DNA of 32,000 bases, from NCBI GenBank assembly GCA_965230905.1, contig OZ246396.1, forward strand, positions 690,001 through 722,000. Direction: 5' to 3'. A model generated the notes under the pieces. The model was not told where the DNA came from. It ran no database searches and was given only the letters and a program-made list of their open reading frames with translations. This DNA comes from Candidatus Saccharimonadota bacterium (GTDB lineage Bacteria; Patescibacteriota; Gracilibacteria; UBA1369; 2-02-FULL-48-14). Positions 10,001-16,354 of this stretch are shown piece by piece. The translations under genes and the position numbers were made by a program. Each line of letters opens with the position of its first letter. Position 1 is the stretch's first letter.

Positions 10001-11005
10001 TTAGATGATGTGCCTGAAGGAGATGCTTATAGTGCGATTGTGGCCCAGATCCGTGAGGCTTCTGAACGTTTGAATGCAAAGGGAATCACTCTACATGCTG
10101 AACTTATAAAAGACATTCAGTCTTTAGCTGCTTTCACTAAGTCCGCCCAGATGGCGAGTGAGGCAGATTCTTCGCAGGAAGTCTTGTCTCTTGCCTTTGC
10201 TGGGGCAGCGCTTTCCAGGCTTTCTTGTGCGGCTCGGCAATTGGTGCGGCTGGCAAAACTAGTCGAAAAGAAACTGCCAGAAGAGCTTGAGTTTGCTCGT
10301 GATCTTCGAGCGGCTGGATCTAGTGCTGAGTTCGACACACAAAGACGTTTGCTCTCTTTGGGAATCAATCTAGCTGGCCTGGATGCAACTTCTGGATTGG
10401 ATCAAGAGCTTATGGCAGAAATTCTCCGCTGTCTTTTAGATACTTATAAATACCTAGCGTCCACTCCAAGTGCTGAAGAGATGAATGTGATCAACCGTTA
10501 TCATGATCGTGCTGCTAAATCCTTCTCTAAATTGGAACGGCCCGTTCAGTATGCCGCCCTAGATGCATTTGATGTACAAGCTAATGCATTTGCCTTGCAC
10601 TGGCAAAGAAAATTACCTTTACCAGGAATTTTTCCAGGTGAAATAGAGTCCACGGCAACTAGTGAAGATAAAGCTGTTGTTTGGGAAGTCTTAAGTGATT
10701 TTGAAACAAAAGTACGCGTTCAATTGAATCATGCTATTCGTAATGCGCTTGTGCCGATGCGTCACCGTTTGACGCATCAACTTATGAATTTCATTCAATT
10801 AAAGATGCGCCTTCTCAAAAGAACTTTTCATGAAAATGATCGACAGTTAGTCGAAAGCTTGGATGATGAATATTTATTGCTTGCACAAGATTCTGCGCGT
10901 GTTTGTTTGCTTTTCACCGGAGAGACACAGGATGATTATTATGCATTAGAATGTGCTCCAATTAAGAAAGCCGTGGATCAAATATCCACGGCCTCTCAAG
11001 TTTAA
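7040..11005 (+). CDS. Large (1321 aa) cyclase-like / AAA_16 STAND-like / helical-repeat protein with a degenerate P-loop
   Basis: The long ORF is uninterrupted. An alternative GTG start at 6983 would overlap both divergent promoters. The motifs HAITVADINGYT...EGDAGMFLTF follow the class III cyclase pattern. LVGREKQEAEINSF, then KDSGYGES at the P-loop position, then VLLTLDEDSFSPDLAARLDRFL follow the AAA_16 pattern. The C-terminal ~550 aa are helix-rich. The domain calls come from motif reading only. Confidence 0.9.
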   Translation: MNEAGLEAAELLLQEGALALKPRAEEGVSDSVRNQTGRSVLRLVGAPPTAKERLDCLEEIGNPADFAEPGSVSFQLMQEVYDNAPKVAREKLTQILAKVAPLHLRPVVAALTKAIEEKRLDGMSWKQITDGIKLEIPLQGHAITVADINGYTACLLKGEYHEKVQTATDIVRTFNEVAKATGAVLVEPVEGDAGMFLTFNAAQQVELESELKRKIPMRIKKLEKELHADGTDKYPVDPETGERVFKKSVGVETLKQIPGELKMVVYSGKGIAQGAVVVSGEARDAAVEYQKKAGPGETLKQDLKGYDVKNPDWNKDPELPDTINVAVKLIEALLKVSPYSAAAFQDLIHSSKDEGAEVRSAKMNAYYLALELSPAPEDDAQKVDAFWELLTQEGTGDDRIRLFKPGGSRGMHFWTQGITSSKDFTQAFGAFNQRINRFATECGLTFRLSLGYEDALELILLPDSFQVDATGPSIVATVRGIAALEGKGDGNWISVDRSAVTAMGLVGMEMTTIYIKGTPYQTVQGRLEPDGKWELRESLVGREKQEAEINSFIASLGLNGVALRVHKPANAKDSGYGESALLRAAERAASGKGIQVVQLKNKETLFDDLEAQLGYSCEELINNPQLLTRQVLLTLDEDSFSPDLAARLDRFLFAMAGTPLGIIYTGAYQFRPEAFMGDAYSGKELSKDIEVDALSTEAALDLIFKARPDLKPQDRPLIAQLLAEWGKPLVPRALIRNFAQALFEQGDGWELKPALLEQAHAGALDYALEAAGLNETDRTVLGVVAEIGYGVPLEFIQNVLGFDCAEALGHLLDEAHPFLVLEGGLYSVRESSSRQARLLARKYQPAVHAELQKRGFLREDPVVDEQSLDRSMLELEHALAHVESCKSPRTLLLMARLGHYYLKERKNFGAAYGLYHRFLEACEGHELDLGGLPEDLLHDLVWALLETSHEKDTKWAQLLIKAHSEVSTPELMWREKMRLLRLTPNKDLDDVPEGDAYSAIVAQIREASERLNAKGITLHAELIKDIQSLAAFTKSAQMASEADSSQEVLSLAFAGAALSRLSCAARQLVRLAKLVEKKLPEELEFARDLRAAGSSAEFDTQRRLLSLGINLAGLDATSGLDQELMAEILRCLLDTYKYLASTPSAEEMNVINRYHDRAAKSFSKLERPVQYAALDAFDVQANAFALHWQRKLPLPGIFPGEIESTATSEDKAVVWEVLSDFETKVRVQLNHAIRNALVPMRHRLTHQLMNFIQLKMRLLKRTFHENDRQLVESLDDEYLLLAQDSARVCLLFTGETQDDYYALECAPIKKAVDQISTASQV

Positions 11006-11016
11006 TTGTGCAATTT

Positions 11017-11223
11017 TTAGTTGCGAGTTTCAATCACACCGGTGCTTGTTTCCGTAGGAGCAACGGTTTCTATTGTCTTAGTATTTGTTCGTAGTTTAAA
11101 AATACTGGTTTGAGTATTTGCGCTAACGAACCAGAGCAGACCTACGGCGAGGGCTCCAAGGAGCACACCGGCGATAAGGGCCTTTTTGTCTTTAACCCAG
11201 ACGCGGGCTGATGTTCTTTTCAT
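11017..11223 (-). CDS. Small membrane protein (68 aa)
   Basis: A single TM segment (ALIAGVLLGALAVGLLWFV) follows a basic N-terminus. The gene has its own promoter candidate upstream. Confidence 0.5.
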   Translation of the reverse strand: MKRTSARVWVKDKKALIAGVLLGALAVGLLWFVSANTQTSIFKLRTNTKTIETVAPTETSTGVIETRN

Positions 11224-11258
11224 TTTTATTTTGATTAGAAAATAAAAGAAATCATCTA

Positions 11259-11287
11259 ACTATACCACAAAACGGTTAGTCTGGCAA
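11259..11287 (-). promoter_or_regulatory. Promoter candidate for ORF 11017..11223
   Basis: On the minus strand: TTGCCA (11287..11282), a 17-nt spacer, then TATAGT (11264..11259). Confidence 0.45.
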
Positions 11288-11306
11288 GCGTCATGAGTTG
11301 GAAGCT

Positions 11307-12326
11307 TTATTCTTTCGTCGCCATGTAGGCGGCTAGGTCGATGCAGCGGCAGGAGTAGCCCCATTCGTTGTCGTACCAAGCAAAGACTTTCACCAGGCGG
11401 CCGCCTTGTACCTTGGTTTCGAGTGAGTCGAAGATGCTGGAACGCGCGTCGCCTCGGTAATCGGAAGAGACAAGGGGAAGGTCGGAGTAGCCGAGGAAGC
11501 CTTTAAGCGGTTCTGTTTCGGAAGCTGCTTTCATGGCTGCGTTAACACTTTCAACGGTGGCGTCTTTTTTTACTTGCACGGTGAGGTCTACAATGGAAAC
11601 CACGGCGGTTGGTACGCGCACCGCAATGCCGTTCATCTTACCTTCCAGGGAAGGAATCACCAGGCTGATGGCCTTGGCGGCACCTGTTGAGGTGGGCAGC
11701 ATGTTGAGGGCGGCGGCACGGGCACGGCGCATATCTTTGTGGTCGTTGTCGTGAAGGTTTTGGTCGTTGGTATAAGAGTGAATAGTGGTCATGAGCCCGT
11801 ATTCGATTCCAAAAGTTTCTTCCAAAACCTTGGCCACCGGCGCGAGGCCGTTGGTGGTGCAGCTTCCGTTGGAAACAATAAAATGTTTAGCGGGGTCGTA
11901 TTCGTTTTCGTTCACGCCCATCACAAAAGTGTGGTCGATTTCATCTTTGGCGGGTGCGGAAATCATCACGCGTTTTGCTCCTGCTTTAATGTGTTTGCCG
12001 GCTCCTTCACGGCTGGTGAACGCGCCGGTACATTCAATCACTAGGTCGATGTTCAGGTCTTTCCAAGGCAAAAGCTCTGGGTCGCGGTTTTGTACGAGTT
12101 GCACCACGGTCACGGTACCGTCGGGGCGGGTGATAGTAAGTTTGCCGGCTTCTCCTTTAATGTCCATGGGCAAGGTGCCGTAGCTGGAATCGTACTTTAA
12201 CAGGTGCGCGGTTTGTGCGGGGTCGCCCAAATCGTTCACGGCCACGATATCAATCTTTGGGTTCATTAAATTAGCTCGAAAGACCATGCGTCCAATTCGT
12301 CCAAATCCATTGATGGCAACTCGCAT
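11307..12326 (-). CDS. gap: Glyceraldehyde-3-phosphate dehydrogenase (339 aa)
   Basis: The N-terminal Rossmann motif INGFGRIGR, the active site SNGSCTTNGLAP and the C-terminal WYDNEWGYS are all present. Confidence 0.97.
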   Translation of the reverse strand: MRVAINGFGRIGRMVFRANLMNPKIDIVAVNDLGDPAQTAHLLKYDSSYGTLPMDIKGEAGKLTITRPDGTVTVVQLVQNRDPELLPWKDLNIDLVIECTGAFTSREGAGKHIKAGAKRVMISAPAKDEIDHTFVMGVNENEYDPAKHFIVSNGSCTTNGLAPVAKVLEETFGIEYGLMTTIHSYTNDQNLHDNDHKDMRRARAAALNMLPTSTGAAKAISLVIPSLEGKMNGIAVRVPTAVVSIVDLTVQVKKDATVESVNAAMKAASETEPLKGFLGYSDLPLVSSDYRGDARSSIFDSLETKVQGGRLVKVFAWYDNEWGYSCRCIDLAAYMATKE

Positions 12327-12349
12327 TGGGAAGGGGTTATTCGCGCTTC

Positions 12350-12377
12350 AGTATAATGAAATTTTTTCGGCTTTCAA
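12350..12377 (-). promoter_or_regulatory. gap promoter candidate
   Basis: On the minus strand: TTGAAA (12377..12372), a 16-nt spacer, then TATACT (12355..12350). The ~23-nt leader has no SD. Confidence 0.45.
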
Positions 12378-13640
12378 CTAGTACTCTAGCAATCCCGGCG
12401 TTTCGCCGCGATGTTGTTGGGCAGGGCTCATGTAGTCGGAGAGCAGCCATTTGGTTTCCACGGTTCCGTCGGGGTGAGTGATCAGGTATTTCCACGCGAT
12501 TTGCCCGATGCCCAGCGGCGCGCCCACGCCGGCTTTCACCTCGTCGGTTTGATTGGCGCCGGTGTAAGGACCGTAGAGCTCGGTGCTGCGTCCGTCGTCT
12601 TCGCCATAAAAACGAATCACGGCTTCTTTAAAGCCCTCTTCCTGCGTCACCATGAGCATGTAGTTGGGCGTGTTGTTCACGAATTTAAAGTCCTGTTCGC
12701 CGGGGAAAATAGTTGCGTCGAGTCCATCGCCGAAGTGCTGATAATAGATCACATAGAGGCTGTGGCTGCGGTGCTCGCTGATTTCCAAGCCCGCGTTGAG
12801 TGCGGCGCGGTAAATGGTGGTGGAAACTTGGCAAACTCCGCCGGCGGGAGTGGGCTCCAGCTGCGTTCCTTTAAAAATAGCGGTGGCTTGTTTCCAGCCC
12901 GCGTACTCAATTTCGCCCAAAAATTCTACATAAGAAAACTCGCCGCCCGGAGGAATTAGGATTCCGTTGAACCGTTCGTTGAGCGCCTTTCTAATATTGA
13001 ACTCGCGTTCGGGTGAGGAACCCCAAAATGAGGATTTCCCTTCTGTTAATAGGTCCAGTGGGCCGAGGTCGAGGCCGGTTTGGTTGATGATTTTTCCTTC
13101 TACCTTGCGCAGCACTCCTTGCGTTGTAGTTTCACTGCGGGCGAGGGCGCCGATGATCATTTCTTTCGTGAGTGCGGGCACGAGTTCACGTCCATCTTTA
13201 AGCACGCCTTCCAAAGTCACGCGGCTGGTTTTAGTGGCGTCCGCTTCCAGGAGTGTGATGTCGGTTTCGGGGTCGCGTACGGCTTCGGCCACGGTGCCGA
13301 GCATGTAATCCATGAACTCCGGCGTGAAGCTGAGTTTGCTTTCATCCGCCGTTTGCTCCAGGCTTAAATCTTTGAGTTGCGCGGGGAAGGGGTAAGCTAT
13401 GCCATCCACCTCAATTGTAAAACCTTCGGTGGTGAGCAGGGCGATTAGATTTTGGTGCTCGGCTAAATCTTCGTCTGTAAAAGGGCTTATTTTTGCATCG
13501 GCCGCCAAAATGCTGGCGTATGAGTTGCCCATATCCGACAATGAATAAGAACTCGCCGGACCTTGGCTTAGGATAATAAGGAGGAGAAGGCTTGTGCCTC
13601 CCAAAACAATGCGGGTTTTCATGTGGCGAATAGTGAGCAC
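12378..13640 (-). CDS. VanW-domain protein with N-terminal signal/anchor (420 aa)
   Basis: GGVCQVSTTIYRAALNAGLEISEHRSHS is the VanW core motif. The N-terminal hydrophobic segment is RIVLGGTSLLLLIILS. Confidence 0.85.
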   Translation of the reverse strand: MLTIRHMKTRIVLGGTSLLLLIILSQGPASSYSLSDMGNSYASILAADAKISPFTDEDLAEHQNLIALLTTEGFTIEVDGIAYPFPAQLKDLSLEQTADESKLSFTPEFMDYMLGTVAEAVRDPETDITLLEADATKTSRVTLEGVLKDGRELVPALTKEMIIGALARSETTTQGVLRKVEGKIINQTGLDLGPLDLLTEGKSSFWGSSPEREFNIRKALNERFNGILIPPGGEFSYVEFLGEIEYAGWKQATAIFKGTQLEPTPAGGVCQVSTTIYRAALNAGLEISEHRSHSLYVIYYQHFGDGLDATIFPGEQDFKFVNNTPNYMLMVTQEEGFKEAVIRFYGEDDGRSTELYGPYTGANQTDEVKAGVGAPLGIGQIAWKYLITHPDGTVETKWLLSDYMSPAQQHRGETPGLLEY

Positions 13641-13690
13641 ACCCTAAGATACTTTTGAGTGGGGTGCAAGCTGTTGACACAAAATGAGCG

Positions 13691-13739
13691 ATCCTCCCCG
13701 GGGAGGATTTTTGACCTGTAAAGTCCGGCCCGGGCCGGA
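13691..13739. repeat. Two GC-rich perfect palindromes between the divergent vanW-like and tsaC promoters
   Basis: ATCCTCCCCGGGGAGGAT (13691..13708, 18 nt, followed by TTTT) and TCCGGCCCGGGCCGGA (13724..13739, 16 nt). The second is flanked by ACCTGTAAA at 13714..13722 and 13746..13754. Confidence 0.8.
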
Positions 13740-13775
13740 AGCTTAACCTGTAAATTTATACAATATTCTTGAATG

Positions 13776-13784
13776 TGCTAAACT
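13776..13784 (+). promoter_or_regulatory. Extended -10 element 6 nt upstream of the tsaC ATG (leaderless candidate)
   Basis: TGcTAAACT (13776..13784), then cgccct, then the ATG (13791). Confidence 0.4.
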
Positions 13785-13790
13785 CGCCCT

Positions 13791-14357
13791 ATGAATGATT
13801 TGCTGATGAACGCCGTAAAAACCCTTCACTCAGGAGGCGTGGTGGCCCACGCTACTGAAACTTGCTACGGACTGGCGGCGGATATTTTTCAAAAGAAAGC
13901 CCTGGAACGCCTCTATGCTTTAAAGAAAATGCCGCTGGATAAACCGGTGAGCGTGCTGGTGCGCGACCTGGATGAAGCGCAGCGCTACGGGGAATTTTCT
14001 AGCACGGCTCTGAAGTTGGCGCTCAAATACTGGCCCGGGCCGCTTACTATTATAGTGCCACGCAAGGCGCCGCTTCCGCCGCTGGTCAATTACGGTCACC
14101 CCACGGTGGGATTCCGGGTGAGTTCCAACAAAAAGACGCGTGAACTTTTGGAAGCCTTTGGCGGACCCCTCACTACCACGAGCGCGAATGTGCATGGCCA
14201 GCCCCAGGCTTACTCCGTGCAAGATATGCTGGATCAAAGTCTGGTGCCCGATGCGGTGCTTGATAGCGGACGCATAGGCGACAATCCTCCTTCTACTATA
14301 GTGGAGGTGATCGGAGAGGAGGTGAAAGTGGTGAGGCAGGGAGAGATTAAGCTCTAA
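13791..14357 (+). CDS. tsaC: L-threonylcarbamoyladenylate synthase (YrdC/TsaC family), 188 aa
   Basis: The pattern GGVVAHATETCYGLAAD...KKMPLDKPVSVLV...YWPGPLTIIV...SANVHGQP is typical of YrdC/Sua5 domain proteins. Confidence 0.9.
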   Translation: MNDLLMNAVKTLHSGGVVAHATETCYGLAADIFQKKALERLYALKKMPLDKPVSVLVRDLDEAQRYGEFSSTALKLALKYWPGPLTIIVPRKAPLPPLVNYGHPTVGFRVSSNKKTRELLEAFGGPLTTTSANVHGQPQAYSVQDMLDQSLVPDAVLDSGRIGDNPPSTIVEVIGEEVKVVRQGEIKL

Positions 14358-14385
14358 GTGGAATTAAACGTCTCTTTATGGTATA

Positions 14386-14634
14386 ATGGGGAGATTTAAT
14401 AAACACCTGATGAAGCTCGTCAACCCCTTTAAGAAAAAAGAAACCTTCAGCCGACACTTTGTTACCGTTTTGTTGACGGCCATTGCGGTGGTTTTCTTCT
14501 GGAGAGGCATTTGGGGACTCACGGATAACTTTCTTTTTCCTGAGAATTCAACCTTGAGTTACGTAGTATGTATATTCTTTGGATTGGTGATTCTGTACGT
14601 CGACGATAAGCGGATTTCAGAACTCGACCACTAG
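14386..14634 (+). CDS. Small membrane protein (82 aa; alternative start at 14410)
   Basis: Two predicted TM segments (FVTVLLTAIAVVFFW and LSYVVCIFFGLVILYV). TGgTATAAT at 14379..14387 overlaps the first ATG, so the in-frame ATG at 14410 may be the real start. Confidence 0.55.
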   Translation: MGRFNKHLMKLVNPFKKKETFSRHFVTVLLTAIAVVFFWRGIWGLTDNFLFPENSTLSYVVCIFFGLVILYVDDKRISELDH

Positions 14635-14743
14635 TAGGGGTATGAGTATAGGCTCACCACTACCCGTCGTATTTGCTGTAATTTAGGCCCACCAAATTGA
14701 TTTACTGAGTACATTTATTACGCAACGTAGTCGGCTTAAATGC

Positions 14744-14796
14744 AAGTACTTTTAATTGAAAGTTTTTGACCGCATTTAACAGGTTTAAAAGTACTT
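14744..14796. repeat. Perfect 12-bp inverted repeat with a 29-nt spacer in the rsmH upstream region
   Basis: AAGTACTTTTAA (14744..14755) pairs with TTAAAAGTACTT (14785..14796). Confidence 0.8.
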
Positions 14797-14907
14797 CACC
14801 GGTGCTTCCTCTGTGCAATTTTTGTATCCAGCCTTGACTACATTTTTTATAATATTCTTGACGGTCATTCGCACTAAGCCTAGCGTTGATTCACTTTCCA
14901 CAAAGCT

Positions 14908-15858
14908 GTGCAAGAAACTTATTCAGGGTCGGGAAGTGCTCATCAGTCGGTTCTCCTCCAGGAGTGCCTTGAGTACTTGGCTCTTAGACCCGGAATGATA
15001 GCAGTAGACTGCACGCTTGGACTCGGAGGCCACGCCAGCGAAATCCTTAAAGCCATTGGGCCAAAAGGGTTTCTCTACGCCTTCGAACGTGATGAAAGAA
15101 ACCTTAAGGTTGCTGAAAAGCGCCTGGGGGAGATCGGGAAGAACTTCAAAATCTTCCACGATTCGTTTGGTTCTTTGAAAGATCGGCTCAGGAGGGAAGG
15201 GGTGTCTCACGCAGACGCTATTCTCTTTGATCTTGGACTCTCGTCCCCACATGTGGACGACGCCGGACGTGGTTTTTCTTTCCTAAAAGAAGGCCCGCTC
15301 GACATGCGCTTCGATGCCAGCCAAGGAAGCACCGCCGCCGACCTGCTCAACTCTTCAACCGAGGTGGAGCTGGCCGACATCTTCTACAAATATGGAGAAG
15401 AACGGTTTTCCCGCAAGCTCGCCAGAGCAGTCATACAAGATCGTAAAAAGGAACCTTTCCAATCAACTACGCAGTTCGCGGCCTTCGTGGAGCGCGTGCT
15501 AGGAAGAGGGAAGCCCGGTCATCACCGAGCGACTCAAATCTTTCAAGCCCTTCGCATCGCCGTTAATGAGGAACTTATGGCCCTGGAGCTTGGTCTCAAT
15601 CAAGCGATTGAGCTTTTAGCTCCTCAAGGACGCGTGGTTGTGCTCAGTTACCACTCTCTTGAAGACCGCTTCGTGAAGCAGCTCTTCAAGCAACTCGCCA
15701 CAGACCTCCGCGATCCTACTGATTTATTTGGCCGCAGAGTCCTAAGGTCGAAGAGCCTTTCCCTCCTGAATAAAAAGCCGATCCGGCCTTCCACCACGGA
15801 AGTCCAATCTAATACCCGCGCCCGCAGCGCACTCTTACGCGCCGCGGAAAAACTCTAA
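14908..15858 (+). CDS. rsmH: 16S rRNA (cytosine1402-N4)-methyltransferase RsmH/MraW (316 aa, GTG start)
   Basis: HQSVLLQECLEYL...VDCTLGLGGHASEIL...DLGLSSPHVDDAGRGFSF...DMRFD...ALRIAVNEEL...VLSYHSLEDRFVK match the RsmH motifs. Confidence 0.95.
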   Translation: MQETYSGSGSAHQSVLLQECLEYLALRPGMIAVDCTLGLGGHASEILKAIGPKGFLYAFERDERNLKVAEKRLGEIGKNFKIFHDSFGSLKDRLRREGVSHADAILFDLGLSSPHVDDAGRGFSFLKEGPLDMRFDASQGSTAADLLNSSTEVELADIFYKYGEERFSRKLARAVIQDRKKEPFQSTTQFAAFVERVLGRGKPGHHRATQIFQALRIAVNEELMALELGLNQAIELLAPQGRVVVLSYHSLEDRFVKQLFKQLATDLRDPTDLFGRRVLRSKSLSLLNKKPIRPSTTEVQSNTRARSALLRAAEKL

Positions 15859-15859
15859 T

Positions 15860-16201
15860 ATGTCCAGCCTCTACGCCACATTACAAACTCTCTTTCACCG
15901 CAATGAGAAGCTCAGCTTCATCTCTGTGGGAGGGGTCATTCTTCTATCGCTTGTCGGCATGGGAATCGTCTCTTTGACCTCCCTGAACGACAAGGCCATG
16001 AAGGGTTACCTGCTCAACAAGCTGGAGAATGAACGTCAGGAACTCGTTTCTGATGGAGAGATCACCGAAATGCTCACGCTCAAAGCCCGTGCCATGGAAA
16101 CAGTTCATCTGCAAAGCACTCATATGGTTAAACCTGAAAACATCACCTACGTCATGCCAGTGAGCGTCGTTGCTCAAAACCAAGAGTCTGCGTTTGATTA
16201 A
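15860..16201 (+). CDS. FtsL-like bitopic division protein candidate (113 aa)
   Basis: The gene starts 1 nt after rsmH, which is the canonical ftsL position. It has a single TM segment (ISVGGVILLSLVGMGIVSL) followed by a short coiled-coil-like region. There is no sequence-level proof. Confidence 0.45.
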   Translation: MSSLYATLQTLFHRNEKLSFISVGGVILLSLVGMGIVSLTSLNDKAMKGYLLNKLENERQELVSDGEITEMLTLKARAMETVHLQSTHMVKPENITYVMPVSVVAQNQESAFD

Positions 16202-16297
16202 GTGTCTTAGTTAATCTATGAAACCCTAAAGGGGTTAAGGGGAAATCCATAAAGCCTTCCAGTAATGGGGGGTTTTATGTTTAGTAGGCAAAGAGGG

Positions 16298-16326
16298 TTG
16301 ACAGATTGAGTTAAAGAGGTTAATTT
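16298..16326 (+). promoter_or_regulatory. Promoter candidate for ORF 16355..18475
   Basis: TTGACA (16298..16303), a 17-nt spacer, then TAATTT (16321..16326). A small inverted repeat AGAGGT-taatttg-ACCTCT (16315..16333) overlaps the -10 box. Confidence 0.45.
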
Positions 16327-16354
16327 GACCTCTAATTTTTAAACGACTTTTCTT

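Noticed and set aside
12411-13367. + strand ORFs (182, 113 and 95 aa) inside the VanW-domain gene, and similar ones inside the LCP gene (25533..26408).
   Set aside because: They are antisense to genes with clear family motifs and have no features of their own.
13714-13754. Possible SRP-RNA-like string (GTCCGG...CCGGAAGC) and ACCTGTAAA direct repeats.
   Set aside because: Only a few nucleotides resemble the SRP domain IV motif, and there is no surrounding SRP helix architecture. A 9-12 nt repeat at this distance is within chance expectation.
13762-14861. A shared 11-mer AATATTCTTGA upstream of tsaC (13762..13772) and rsmH (14851..14861).
   Set aside because: Matches of 11 nt are expected many times by chance in 32 kb. 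The extended alignment is only 15 of 19, and the positions relative to the start codons differ.
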